In this document: in pieces, positions 1-12,300 of the stretch | How positions within the stretch are numbered: position 1 is the first letter of the stretch | Layout: each line of letters begins with the position of its first letter | DNA from: a virus | Lineage: Duplodnaviria; Caudoviricetes | Length of the DNA stretch: 64,000 nucleotides | Strand: one strand, 5' to 3' | Virus record (IMG/VR): IMGVR_UViG_3300021387_000681 | Span: 27,273-91,272 of that record | Notes under the pieces: model-generated | What the model saw: the letters and a program-made list of their open reading frames with translations, nothing else | What the model was told of the DNA's origin: nothing | Databases searched by the model: none | Position numbers and translations under genes: made by a program

Positions 1-3000
1 GTTAGAGGTATACGAGCCGGAATAATGTTAGGCTCTATGACTAAGGATGGTGTCAATAGACCTATAGCTATGTATTTTGATAGAGGTAATTTAATGTTTA
101 GTCCTGATGCTAAGCAGTCACCAATTAGACAAATGATTGCAGATGAACTTTATTCTATATTGTATAAGAAAGCTGCAAATATAAAAACTGATCCAAATGA
201 AATTTATGAACAATTAAATGCTTTAATAGGTAAGACTGGTTTGGTTTACGGATTACATGTTCATAAGAGCGATGATAGAATATTTATAACAGATATAGAT
301 GGTAATTCTATTTTAAATATATATTCTAGTGCTAATAATGGAACAGTTAAAACTAATCAGATGTTAATTACTTATGAGGATGATAGTGGAAGACATAGTT
401 TTTATTTACAACCTTTTAAAGATCAAAAAGGATTTATTCCAGAAGCTACTAGTGATAAACCTATAGGAGATTATATAAGTAATAGTATAAAATCATTAGT
501 AAATCTTCTCCTTACGGGGGAACACAATGGTGTTAAAGTTAGGGAAGGAGTTAGATATAACTTAAATTATGCTATGCTTAGTAATCAATATTCTCCAAAT
601 ATGTATGTTGAAAGAGGGTTAGATGATAAAGGAATAACATTTAAATTTAAAAATCTTGCTGAAGATGGTAAAGTTAGTACATTAACATATAACAGTTTAC
701 TTGATTATGTTGTAGATAATGAAGCATTTAGTACTAATTTTCAACAACAAGAAGTTGGATTTACCAATGGAACTACAGCTAAGACTGTAATAGACATAAC
801 TGAAATTCCTATAGGAAGTGTAAATGGAAAAGGACTTTATTTAAGACTACCTCAAAATGCTCCAAAACGTACTAAAGCTATAGCTGAAGGAAAACGACAG
901 CCTAAAAGATGGGGTGAAAAGTTATCTGTAGATGGTACTGGAGAAAATAGTTTAAGAGATTTTATGCGTACCCCTTTAGAGGAAGGTGGATTAGGTTTAA
1001 GTGAAACTTCTGTTAATACATTATTTGGAAATGGTACTAGTAAAGTTCCTAGATTAATTCCTGATGAAATAACTATATTAGGTAAAGGTAATGTTAGACA
1101 AATACAAGGAACTACAGGACATTATGATGATAAAACAAAACGAATTTATATATCTGCTCTTGGTTTATCTGAAGGAGACCATACTCAAGGTTGGGATGTT
1201 TTAAGAACAATTCTTCATGAAGGTATTCATCAAAAACTTAGAAGTAGATATGGAGTTAATTATAGAACTAGAATACAAAGAAATTCTGAAGAAATAATAA
1301 ATGTTATTAAACAAGCTCAAGATTTCTTGATTGAAAATTATGATGAAAATAATGTAAATCATCAACATTCAAGATATTTAATAAACATACTTTCAGATGT
1401 AGATAGATATTTTGCTAATTATAAAGAACAAATAGATAAAACTATAAAGGATAGAATGTCTGATGATTATGACAAATATAATACTGAGATAAAAAAACTT
1501 AATAGTGAATTAAATGAAAATAAAATAACTAGAGAAGAATATGATAATGCTGTAGCTAAAGAAAAGGAAAATATAGAAAATAAAAAGAGTAAATTAAAAA
1601 AAGAATATAAGTCTTTATATGATATTATAAATTCTGATGAAGCTACAAAGAAAGCAGTATTAGCTGAAGAAATTATTGTTGAGTTAATGACAGATAAATA
1701 TCTCGCTAATACTCTTAATGATATAGAGTATATAGGTGATATCGATTTAAGATATACAAATAAACGTCAAACTTTATTTCAAAGAATTGTTCATGCTCTT
1801 ATTGATTTCTTTGGTATAAAAATTAAAGATGATAGTATATTAGCTAAAGAACTTGAATTATTATCGAAAGATATAACTGATAAAGGTGAAATTAAAGATA
1901 AGAAAGTAAAAGATACACTAAAGCCTCCAACTAGTGAAGATGGTGTGGAAAAGGGAAATATAACTCCCGAAAAAATAGCTGAAATACCTAATTTATTTAC
2001 TGATGTTAAACAATCAGAAGATTTTGATGAAAGTCATAAGTATATTGTTGATGGTAAAGAAGTAACAACTAGTGTTACTGGAAAACTTAATGGTTCAACT
2101 AGAAATGAAGAACTTGGTCCTGACGGTAAACCTATAGATGGTCCTTCTAAAATAATATCAACTAGTGGCGGTAATTCTGTTGATAAGTTAGCTAGGGAAT
2201 ATTATCGTAAAAATCCATTTGACTATGACAATGGTGAAGGTAGAGATTTCGATGAAGATCCTTTGTTAACAAGAGATAATATAGAATCTACACTTATTAG
2301 TATTAATAATGGAGAAGGAGCATTTGAAGATTTAAGAAGAAAGATTGCTAATATGGTTAATGAAGCTAATGGAGGTACTCCTACAGGATTTAGAATAATT
2401 ACGGATGAAACTCCAATAGCTGCTAGATGGACTAATAAAACTGATCCTACAGATTCTGAAATAGTTGCTGGTACTCCAGATATGATAGTTATAGATAATA
2501 ATGGAAATTATTATATAATTGATTTTAAAACTAAAAGAAATCTTCTTGAAAAAGGCGGACTTGATAATCTAACAAAGAGTGCATATTTTGCTCAAGTTAA
2601 TCATTATAGAATGATGATTGAAAGTAAAAATCCAGCACTTAGAGGAAAGTTTAAAGGATTAAAACTTGCTGTATTTAGTGCTAATCCTTATCCTCTTAAA
2701 GATAAATCGGATAATGATATAAAGTATGAAAGAGGAACAAATAAGGGCCAAGTAATGCTAGAAGGAAGAGATATTAAAGGTGATGACACTTATGGATATT
2801 ATATTGATAGTAATGAAGCATTATTTATAGATGTACCTATAAGTGATGCATCTAAGTACAATATAACATCATATAAAGATGAAGTTATTAAAAAATCAGA
2901 AGTTAAACCTGAGGAACCTAAAGTGGAGGTTAAACCTGAAGAGATTAAGAAAGAAGAAATACCTTCCAAGAAGGATGAAGTGATTGACGAAGAACCTGAT

Positions 3001-3258
3001 ATAGACGATATTGATATAGATAATGTTGATATGAGATTAAGTATAGCAAGACCTAAGATTATTAGCGATGATAAAATAGATATTTCAAATATAGACGCTG
3101 ATAAAGTTGATTTATATAAAAGAAATCCTACTATTAATATAAATGGTATTAGAAGAACATTTAGTATGGAAAATCTAAGTAGTGGATTTCCAAAGGATGT
3201 TAAGCTATTAATAGCTGATGCAGTAAACAGGGGAATATTTAATTCTTACTGTGAGTAA
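1..3258 (+). CDS. Large virion cargo (polyvalent) protein, 5'-truncated; zincin metalloprotease plus PD-(D/E)xK nuclease domain
   Basis: Frame is open from base 1; HExxH (HEGIH, nt 1216-1230) with downstream EE; GTPD..IIDFKT..Q..Y nuclease motif (nt ~2470-2610); lies next to the giant RNAP as in crAss-like phages. Confidence 0.75.
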   Translation, partial: VRGIRAGIMLGSMTKDGVNRPIAMYFDRGNLMFSPDAKQSPIRQMIADELYSILYKKAANIKTDPNEIYEQLNALIGKTGLVYGLHVHKSDDRIFITDIDGNSILNIYSSANNGTVKTNQMLITYEDDSGRHSFYLQPFKDQKGFIPEATSDKPIGDYISNSIKSLVNLLLTGEHNGVKVREGVRYNLNYAMLSNQYSPNMYVERGLDDKGITFKFKNLAEDGKVSTLTYNSLLDYVVDNEAFSTNFQQQEVGFTNGTTAKTVIDITEIPIGSVNGKGLYLRLPQNAPKRTKAIAEGKRQPKRWGEKLSVDGTGENSLRDFMRTPLEEGGLGLSETSVNTLFGNGTSKVPRLIPDEITILGKGNVRQIQGTTGHYDDKTKRIYISALGLSEGDHTQGWDVLRTILHEGIHQKLRSRYGVNYRTRIQRNSEEIINVIKQAQDFLIENYDENNVNHQHSRYLINILSDVDRYFANYKEQIDKTIKDRMSDDYDKYNTEIKKLNSELNENKITREEYDNAVAKEKENIENKKSKLKKEYKSLYDIINSDEATKKAVLAEEIIVELMTDKYLANTLNDIEYIGDIDLRYTNKRQTLFQRIVHALIDFFGIKIKDDSILAKELELLSKDITDKGEIKDKKVKDTLKPPTSEDGVEKGNITPEKIAEIPNLFTDVKQSEDFDESHKYIVDGKEVTTSVTGKLNGSTRNEELGPDGKPIDGPSKIISTSGGNSVDKLAREYYRKNPFDYDNGEGRDFDEDPLLTRDNIESTLISINNGEGAFEDLRRKIANMVNEANGGTPTGFRIITDETPIAARWTNKTDPTDSEIVAGTPDMIVIDNNGNYYIIDFKTKRNLLEKGGLDNLTKSAYFAQVNHYRMMIESKNPALRGKFKGLKLAVFSANPYPLKDKSDNDIKYERGTNKGQVMLEGRDIKGDDTYGYYIDSNEALFIDVPISDASKYNITSYKDEVIKKSEVKPEEPKVEVKPEEIKKEEIPSKKDEVIDEEPDIDDIDIDNVDMRLSIARPKIISDDKIDISNIDADKVDLYKRNPTININGIRRTFSMENLSSGFPKDVKLLIADAVNRGIFNSYCE
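506..522 (-). repeat. Dispersed CCCCGTA motif copy 1 (in CDS)
   Basis: + strand TTCTCCTTACGGGGGAA. Confidence 0.85.
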
Positions 3259-3273
3259 TTAATAAGTAAATAT

Positions 3274-3323
3274 ATTTGAATTATTTCGGAGCTTTTATTA
3301 GCTTCGGAATAATTCAAATTTTT
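3274..3323 (+). terminator. Long stem-loop followed by T-run between the two giant genes
   Basis: 19-bp inverted repeat ATTTGAATTATTTCGGAGC / GCTTCGGAATAATTCAAAT with two G-U wobbles on the + RNA, followed by a T-run. Confidence 0.6.
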
Positions 3324-3370
3324 CCGAAATTAAATTTAATTATATTGTTAAATCTTATAATTAATTTATT

Positions 3371-6300
3371 ATGGCAGATTGTATAACGCAAGGCACTAAT
3401 TATGGTGAAAAAATTGACAATGTTCTAGATGAAATAAGTCAACAAGTAGATGTATTTCATGGCGATGCCGATAAACTAGTTTTAGAAGCTCAACTTACAA
3501 GCGGAGAATTTCTTAAAGAACTTACAAAGTTCGTTAGAAATAATAAAGATGTTGCTGAAATATTTGATAGTAGAAATGTACCTTATAATAATTTTAGAAA
3601 AATAACTATAAGTGATTTAGAGAAAATAATACAAGTTAATCAAGTAAAGAAATTTATAAAAGATTATTATATTGATAGTCATCCATCGGTTAATAATTCT
3701 ACTACTGATGGAATAGAGTTTGATACAGTTGGATTCACTTCTGGAAAAATTAAAAATCTCGCATATAAAAATGTAGCTCAAACTATTCTAAGAACTCATG
3801 TTGAAAATATGAGTAGACCTATAGAAAGTCGCAGAGATAAAGATGGTGTCATGGCTGAGACTGTACAAAGACTTACTGATGAATTTTTTGATAATATTGT
3901 ACAAATAAAATTAAATAATAAAGGAAAAAAACTAGATAGAATACCTACTTTAGTTAGTGCATATAAACAAGCTACTAGTTCATTTAATTCTCTAGCATCA
4001 GCTATAAAAAAGAATATAGATGAAATTAATAGACTTAGAGAATTAGGTAAAAACTTTCCAACTAAATTTAAAGAATTTACTCAAGAACAATTATCTGAAT
4101 TTAATAAATATAAAAATAAAATAGCAGAACTTGAAAGAACTAATATTGATTTAAAAAATCAATTAACTCAAAAATATAATACTAGATTTATATTAGGCTA
4201 TTCAATTATACAAAATGTTGCTGATAGTGGAAATAGTGTAGATATAAGAGCTAAGAACTGGGCTAATATGATTTATAAGTTAAGGTCTGATTATTATGGT
4301 TTTATAAGAAGAAGTCTAAGTATTGGAGGATATCAAGAATTATTGAAAGAATATAGTGATACTTTAGATGAAACTGATTATAAAGAATTTCAAGACAATA
4401 ATATAATTATAGATGAAGAATATTTTAAAATAGATGATTCTAGAGATACAACTACAAAAAATTGGAATGATGCTATTCCTAGAGATTTTAATAGTTTAGT
4501 TAAAACTGAAAATGAATTATATCTTAGAGCTATTCCTAAATTAAATAGCGTTATAGAAATTAAAGATAATAATAGATTAATTGATTATGATACAAATAAT
4601 GATTTAGGTATAAATGAATTCATGGATTACGATGTTGTTAAAAATAATATTATATCCAATGTTGATATTTCTAGTAGAGAAGCATTTTTGGATTCATTAA
4701 TGAAACGTGCTACATCTGTTCCTGAACTTGCAGGTTTATCAAAAATATATTATGATTGTATAGATGATCCTATTCTTCTAAATAGATTAATGAAGCAATT
4801 TGAATATCATTTGTATGAAAAAACTAGAGTTAGTACATTAAATGGAAACTCAATTAATCGTTCTAATAATAGGTCTAATAATTTAAATACTTTATATTGG
4901 GATTTAACCAATCAAGTTAGATTTAGTAAATATCATGCTTATGATTCTTATAATGTTAATAGATTAGCTCCATTAGTTAGACTAAAAATAATAAATGGTA
5001 AATTAAATGATAGTAAGTTATTTGATAAATCTAATATAAAAGAAGGAAATACTGTATTTGACGATGGAGTGCAATTAATAAAAGATATGATGCTTGCAGT
5101 ATTTAATAATTTTGATACTAGAATTATAGATAATTATTTAAATGAAGTAAAAACTGAGGCTGAAAAAGGTGAAAGACTTGGTAAATTAGCTACATCTGTT
5201 AACAGATTATATGATGAAATAAAAGATTGGGCTAATATATATGCGGATGAAGCTGCAAAAGTTAAAGCTAGTCAACAATTAAAAGTTAGTGGTCAAGATT
5301 TGGCCAATAAATCATTATATGAAATATTTACTGATGAAGGTGAAACAGAAACTGAATTATATGAAATAGACCAAGATAGAATAAATCAAGCTAATCAAAG
5401 AATAGAAAGTACTGTTTTATCCATATGTCAAATGATTTCAGAATATAGTATTAGTAAAAATGAATATACTAGTATTGGGGTTGAAGGTAATCGTTCATCT
5501 GATATTATTAAAAATTCTTGGATTAGTAGATTTAATGATACTATGCAATATGGAACTAAAGAAGATCCAAATAAAGGTGTTCATGATTTAATAAATACAT
5601 TTAGAAAAGGAGATCCTGATTCTAATCAATATGCATATAATCCTTTATTATATGGTTCATTTTTATATAATGATTCTGGAACTGTAAATAGAGATAGTAT
5701 AGTTCCTGGAATGTTTAATAAAAATACTAATAAACTCCATAAAAATGTAAGAGATTTCTTAGTTCCAAGATTATTTGATGGTGTAGATACAGGAAGTAAA
5801 TATAGAAATGTTACTTATAATAGTATGTCTGGTAATGATTATCTTATTACTAAATTTATGAACTTCCATTATCCAATGTATAGTTTGGAAGGAGGTATAC
5901 ATCATCAACTAGTTACTGGAGAAAGATTAGCTAATTATTTCCTTAGAGTTCCATCTGATGCTACTCATAATTATACAGTTCAATATTGCAGACTTTCAGA
6001 TATTCAAATAGAATCTGCTTTAACATCTCATTTGAAACAAGAACTATGTAATTTTATAGCAAATTTAACAAATGTTTTTGAGTTTAATAAAACTAAAGGT
6101 GTTTATGAAATTACAACTGATAAAAATAAAATAAACAGATTATTTAAATTTGCTCATCTAAGTAAAGATGGCAATATTGTAGAAAATAAACAACTTGCTG
6201 GTAATTTCTTTAATTTTATTAAATTTTTTAATACTGGAGGTAAAGACTATAATGATATTATAAAAAGGACACTTTCCCTCTACGGGGATGGAACAATAGA

Positions 6301-9300
6301 CTCACTTATTAAAGTTAGTAGAGGTAAACTATATTTAGATCCAAATAGTCGTTTATTTAAATTATATATAAATGAAATAAATAATGGTAATGATGGAGTA
6401 AAAAGATTTCAACTTAAAGATAGTGTAGAACTTACTAAACAGCTACACGAAATAGTTAAAGAATGGAAAAAAGATTATTTAGCAGAACAAAAGGAACTAC
6501 TTAAAGATAAATTAGATAGGCTTAGAGAAACTGATGGATATTATAGTGATGAAAGTAAAACTAAAGAAAATGGAAAAGAAAATAAAGTTGTTGGTGATTA
6601 TACTGAAAAAGATATAGATGAGTTCTTATTAAATGATTTAAATATGTTTATGACAATGGATGAATTCTTTGATGGAAATGGTGGTTATTATAAAAATTCT
6701 CAAGATTATTTAAAGAGAGCTAAACAAGTTCAAGCTGGTGGTGAATCATATGCTGTTGGTGATAAATTTGGTAGTGATTTTACAGGATTGCAAAATATAA
6801 AAGCTATAGGAACTCAAGATAATATTAAAATTGTTACAAAAAATGGAGTTCAATTAAATATAGGAGCTACTAATAAACCAATAGAAATAAGAAATGGATT
6901 TAGAGGGATTATAATAAAAAATACTAATAAACCTGCTGATAGATATCAATCATATGAAGATGAGATGTTTAAAATATTTAAAAATGAATTGCTTAAATTA
7001 AATAAAGTTATATCTAATCCACTGACTGAAGAACAAATAAATGATAAAGCTAGAATTAGAGCACAAAGAAGTGTATCTGCATTTAAGGAAGATACTACTG
7101 TAAATGATGCTCAATCATATATAACTCTTGATGAATTCATTAGACGCACTTGGATTGATGGAACATTTAATGATTATGCTCCATTATTTGAACGTCTTAA
7201 AGATATAGAAAAGGCATATGCTAAAGTTAAAAGTCTTAGAGAAAATGGTGATGCTGAACAACTTAAACAAGCTAGTGATGAATTAGAAAAATTAAGAAAT
7301 AATATCGATGTAGCAGCTTTAGGAGCTAGAATACAAGTTCAAAAGAATTTTTATTTTGACCATCAATTTGATGAAGTACTTAACAATTATTATAGTAGAC
7401 AAATAAAAAATGCTGAATTTGTTTTAATAAAAGGTTTACTTGGTGAAGGTAGTGATTTAGATAAACTATATGATTTAATGATTAAAAATGGGATTGACCA
7501 AGTTAATACAGCTGAGACTAGTAAAGCGTCTAATAGAACTCCATTAGTATATTGGGATAATGAAGGTAAAGTTGATGAGGCATTTGAAAAGAATTTAACT
7601 AGTGATTCTAAATATATTGAAAATTATTACTATAAATATCTTTATAAACAACAAGATAATCCTCAACATATGGAAAATGCTAGAAATAAATTTGGATTGC
7701 AAATTCAAGTTAAAATTCCTGATAATATTAGATTAGATAATGAATATGTTAGAGGTAAATTACAAAATTATTTTGATGCATATAGAACTAAAATAGATAA
7801 AACTCATAATGAAATGCTTAATGATATGGGTTATAAATATAAAGATGGTAAAATTGTAAATATATCTAATGAAAGTGAAGAACTTGATCCTTATGATTTT
7901 TATAAATTAGCATTAGAAGAAGCTACTCGATTAGGAGTTAATAGCCAATTTATGGAATATCTTGAACCAGATCCTATAACTAGATATCCTAAAATGCCTA
8001 ATTATATGAATCTTGTTTCGACTAAAATTGAAAATGTTATTCAAGCTTTATATAATAGCAGAATTACTCGTCAAAAAATGCCTGGTTGGCATGCTGTTCA
8101 AGTTACTAGTATGGGTACTGATAAAAAACTTCAATATCATCCTGAAGGATGGTATAACGCTAAGGAACATAAATATATTGATAATGATGAATATAATAAA
8201 TTAGAAGATAAAACTGGTTGGGAAAAATCAAATATGCCAATAATTGATATTCGCATACCTAGATGGGATAAATCAATACCTAGAGATATGCCTGAAGAAG
8301 AACTTATTAATAAACTTAAAGAAGCTGGACTTGACCAGCAAATTATAAATCGTATTCCAACTGAAGGTAAACAATCAATAGCTGTTGCTAGGGTTGTAGG
8401 ATTTATAGATGATATTTATGGTTCAACAATTCTTCTTCCTGATGAATGGGTTACTCAGACAGGTGCTGACTTTGATACAGATAGTGTTTATAGTATGTAT
8501 CATCATATGAGATATGATAAGAAAAAGAAAATGTTTATTAAAGAAAAATTCTTTAATCCAAATGATTATAAAGGAGAAGATAAAGAAAAAGCTTTTAGGA
8601 AACAATATACTAAATTTGTAAGAGAAGCTGTTAGAGAAAAAATTGAAAGAAAAAGAATAACTGCTGATGACCATGATGCTAAATGGAAAGAAGCATATGA
8701 TGAATTTAATAATACTCAAGAGAAAAATGAACTACAATTACAATTTGATAGTATTGAGTTTGCTAAATCTGGAAAAGTTGAAGACAGTGATACTGGAGAA
8801 TTAAATATTAAAAAGTCAGGAGTTTATTATAGATTACCTAGAGAAGCTCAAGACGTATTACGTTCTGTAAAACATGATAAATCTAAATATAATGGAGACA
8901 GAAAAGCATCGTATAAAGATAGACTTAAAAAAGAAATAGATGCTCTTATTGATTATACAAAAACTACAGGTAAATGGACTGCTTCTATTCAGAAATATAT
9001 AAATTATTGTAATGATTTACTAGATATATTTGCTAAACAAGAAGAATTGCTTTCTGATAGATTTGAACTTGAGGATGTTAAAGAACGATATAAAGAATTA
9101 ATGAAAGAAGTTGCTGGAGAAGTATCTGAAGAAAATTTTAAAGCAATACAAGCTAAAGCAGCTGAATTAGGAATTGTAGATTTTGAAACTTTTAAGACTC
9201 TCCCCGTAGAGGAAATGAATACTAATAAGGCACTTGATAATAGAGTTATTGATAGTCTTATGGAAATACTTAAAGACCCTAGTTCTCGTGAGGAAAATTA

Positions 9301-12300
9301 TGCTACTAGTAACTTCATTGATATTAGTGAAGCTATGAGAATTATGAGTGATACTATGGGTATGTCTAGTCAGTTGGCTACTATGTATGATACTAATTCA
9401 CAAATTAGAAATTTTGTTAATGCTATGAGTGGTACTAAATTAAAAGGTATGTCTGTTAATTTAGATACATTTTTATCAAAAACTTCTATGGGTAGAGCAA
9501 GAATAGGTGGAGATTTTTATAAAAAGATTAGAATAAAATATGATTTAACTAGAAAAGATGATAAAGGAAATCCAATATATGATAAAGATGCTATAAAATA
9601 TTCTTTTGGTTCTGAAAATGTAGAAGATTATGGAGATTATATAATAGTAACTCATCATAATATGGGTTGGTCTAATGATAATAAAAACGTAGCTGGAAAA
9701 ATTATAAGTATGTATAGTTCTGAAACTACTGCTCATACACTTGATGCAATGAAAGTAGGTAGTGCATATAATGTAAATGAATTTACATTTAAAGCATATA
9801 AACTTATGCCTATGATTGGTTCAGATTATTATACAACTATGGCATTTATTTATCAACCTGCAATTAGTAGACTAAATGTAGAACATGATAAATTAAATTC
9901 TGCTTATAATAATTCAAGTGGCAACGAAATTAGAAATGCCACTAAAAATATAATAAAAGAAATATTAACAGCTTTAGATGATAAAGAAGGATTAAAATTA
10001 CATGGATATTTTGATTTAATTAAATATATAAGTACTAACGAAAAAGTTAAACCTATTTTTGAGCAATTATTAGGAACAACTATAGACGGTGGCAAAAATA
10101 CATATCAAAATGTTGATAAAATATTTGATATATCTTTAATGATTGAAAGACTTGATCATGTGAAAGATTTTAATAATGAATTTAATTACAAGTTTAATGT
10201 AGATGATGGGAGAGATATAAATGACAAGCTTAGAGATGCTTGTATAGATTTAATAATGCTTTCTCAATATGATGTGTTATCGAATTTAGGAAATCATATA
10301 AATAAAATAGCCCAAGTTTCTAAACCTGAAAAAATAGGTGCTGCTCAAACTATTTATGAAACGAAAAGAATTATAAGGAGAATAAATGATATAACTGGAA
10401 GAACTGAACTTTTAAGAGATTCTGAAGGATATGTTGATAGTAGAAGTGAAGATGAAATAAAAGAAGATAAGGCTACTGCTAAATGTTTATTGGTTGATAT
10501 AAAAGATTCTGAAGGTAAATCTACTCCAGTTGGATTTTTAAATGCTTTATTTCCAACAGAATCGGATAATAAAACTATAATACCGGAAAATTCATTTTAT
10601 CCATTTATTGCACAAATGTATAAAAGTTCAACTATTGCTAGTGTTGAAATAAATTCTAGATTATTTAGATTAGAAGATGAAAAGTATTATAGAATAATTG
10701 CAGATGTTGAACAGAAAATTGGTAGAAGATTAAATCCAGATCAAGCTAAAGAATTTAAAAAATATTTAATGGGATATGTTTATACTAGAGTTCCTGCATT
10801 AGCTTTACCATTAGATATTGATGAAAATGGAAAAATTAGTAGTAAATATGGAATGGATGATTTAGATATTAGAGATGAAGAAATTAGAAGAGTAAATGGA
10901 TTTGCTACTAGGAGTGGGTCTCTCAGAATAAAAAATGTAAATAATCCTACTGAAGCTGAAATAGAAGAATATAAGAAATTAACTCCTGCTCAAAAAGTTT
11001 TATTTGTTCAAAGAAGTTTCAGAGATGGTAAAGGTATATTTGGTCTAATATCTGCTGAGTCTGCAAGACCTCAAGATGTTGTTCTTGGAAAAGGTTCTGG
11101 ACAAAGAATATCTTTTAATGATGAAGCTGTAGATATAGAAACTATGTTTGAGGAATTTACAAAGTCATTTAGTAATAAAAATCCTCTTATAAGACTTGCT
11201 GCTATAGATTTAGTTAAATATGCGTTACTTGTAGAAAATCATAATTTTGGAAAAAATAAAGTAAGTAAATTTATTATAAATGATGCGTTATATAATGGAA
11301 CAAATAATTATGGTTTAAATGTAGTTGAAGAATCTAGTAGAATACTTGATAATGAAATAGGTAAAGATTTAATATCGGATGAATTTATAAGAAGATTTAT
11401 TCGTTCTCATTCAGAAATAGCTCCTACGGTTAGAATATTCTATAAAACTAAAAATGAAATAGGAGAATCTGATGTTACTGCTGAACAAAAAGGATTAATA
11501 AAATGTTTAAAACATGCTAACGGAATAATAATAATTCCTAAAGTAGAATCTAAAGAAGGTGTAAAATTAAATGATGTTGATAATAATATACAAGCATTTA
11601 GAGAAAAAATTGAAGAATTTGGTGATAAATATATAAACTTATCATATAGAAGATATTCTGAAGATGCTATGGGCTCTTCAATAGAAAGAAGAGCAAATGT
11701 ATTATATGAAGTAAGAATGTTAGACGATGGAACTTATTTTCTGATTCCTCATACTAGACTTGATAGAAATGAACAACAAAAATATAGCTATATTAAAGAT
11801 AATAATAATAGAGAAACATATACTGATACAGATCCTGCTACAGGAATTACAAAAAATACTGCTAATAAATTCTTTATAGAAGAATATTATGAATCTATTT
11901 TTGATGAATTTAAAAGAGATATAAATCCTGTAGATGATGATGGTCAATTTGTTTCATCGGATTCTAAAACAGTATTTAGTTTAATAAAGAAACATATAGA
12001 CAATGTTAATAAAGAAATTGCTAAGAAAGTAGAAGCCCCTAGACAAATTAAAAGTGAAAATGATGCTGTAAATGATAGAAATTTATTAGATAAATTATCT
12101 ACAAATCCTGATATTAACAGGCCATATTTAAAACCTCAAGTTGATAAGTTTATAGAAGCAATAAATGGAGGAAATCCTAGAATTGCTAAATTTAGAGAAA
12201 ATAAATATGGAATAAATGGTTCTGAAAATATTCAAAATAAAGTATATGTGTATAATGTATCTCCTGATATTAGAAATATGTTCCCTGTAGGTAAATGGGT

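Noticed and set aside
971-982. CCCCTTTAGAGG (and TTCCCCGATAA near 43726) as extra motif copies
   Set aside because: They lack the invariant CCCCGTA core, so they were not counted
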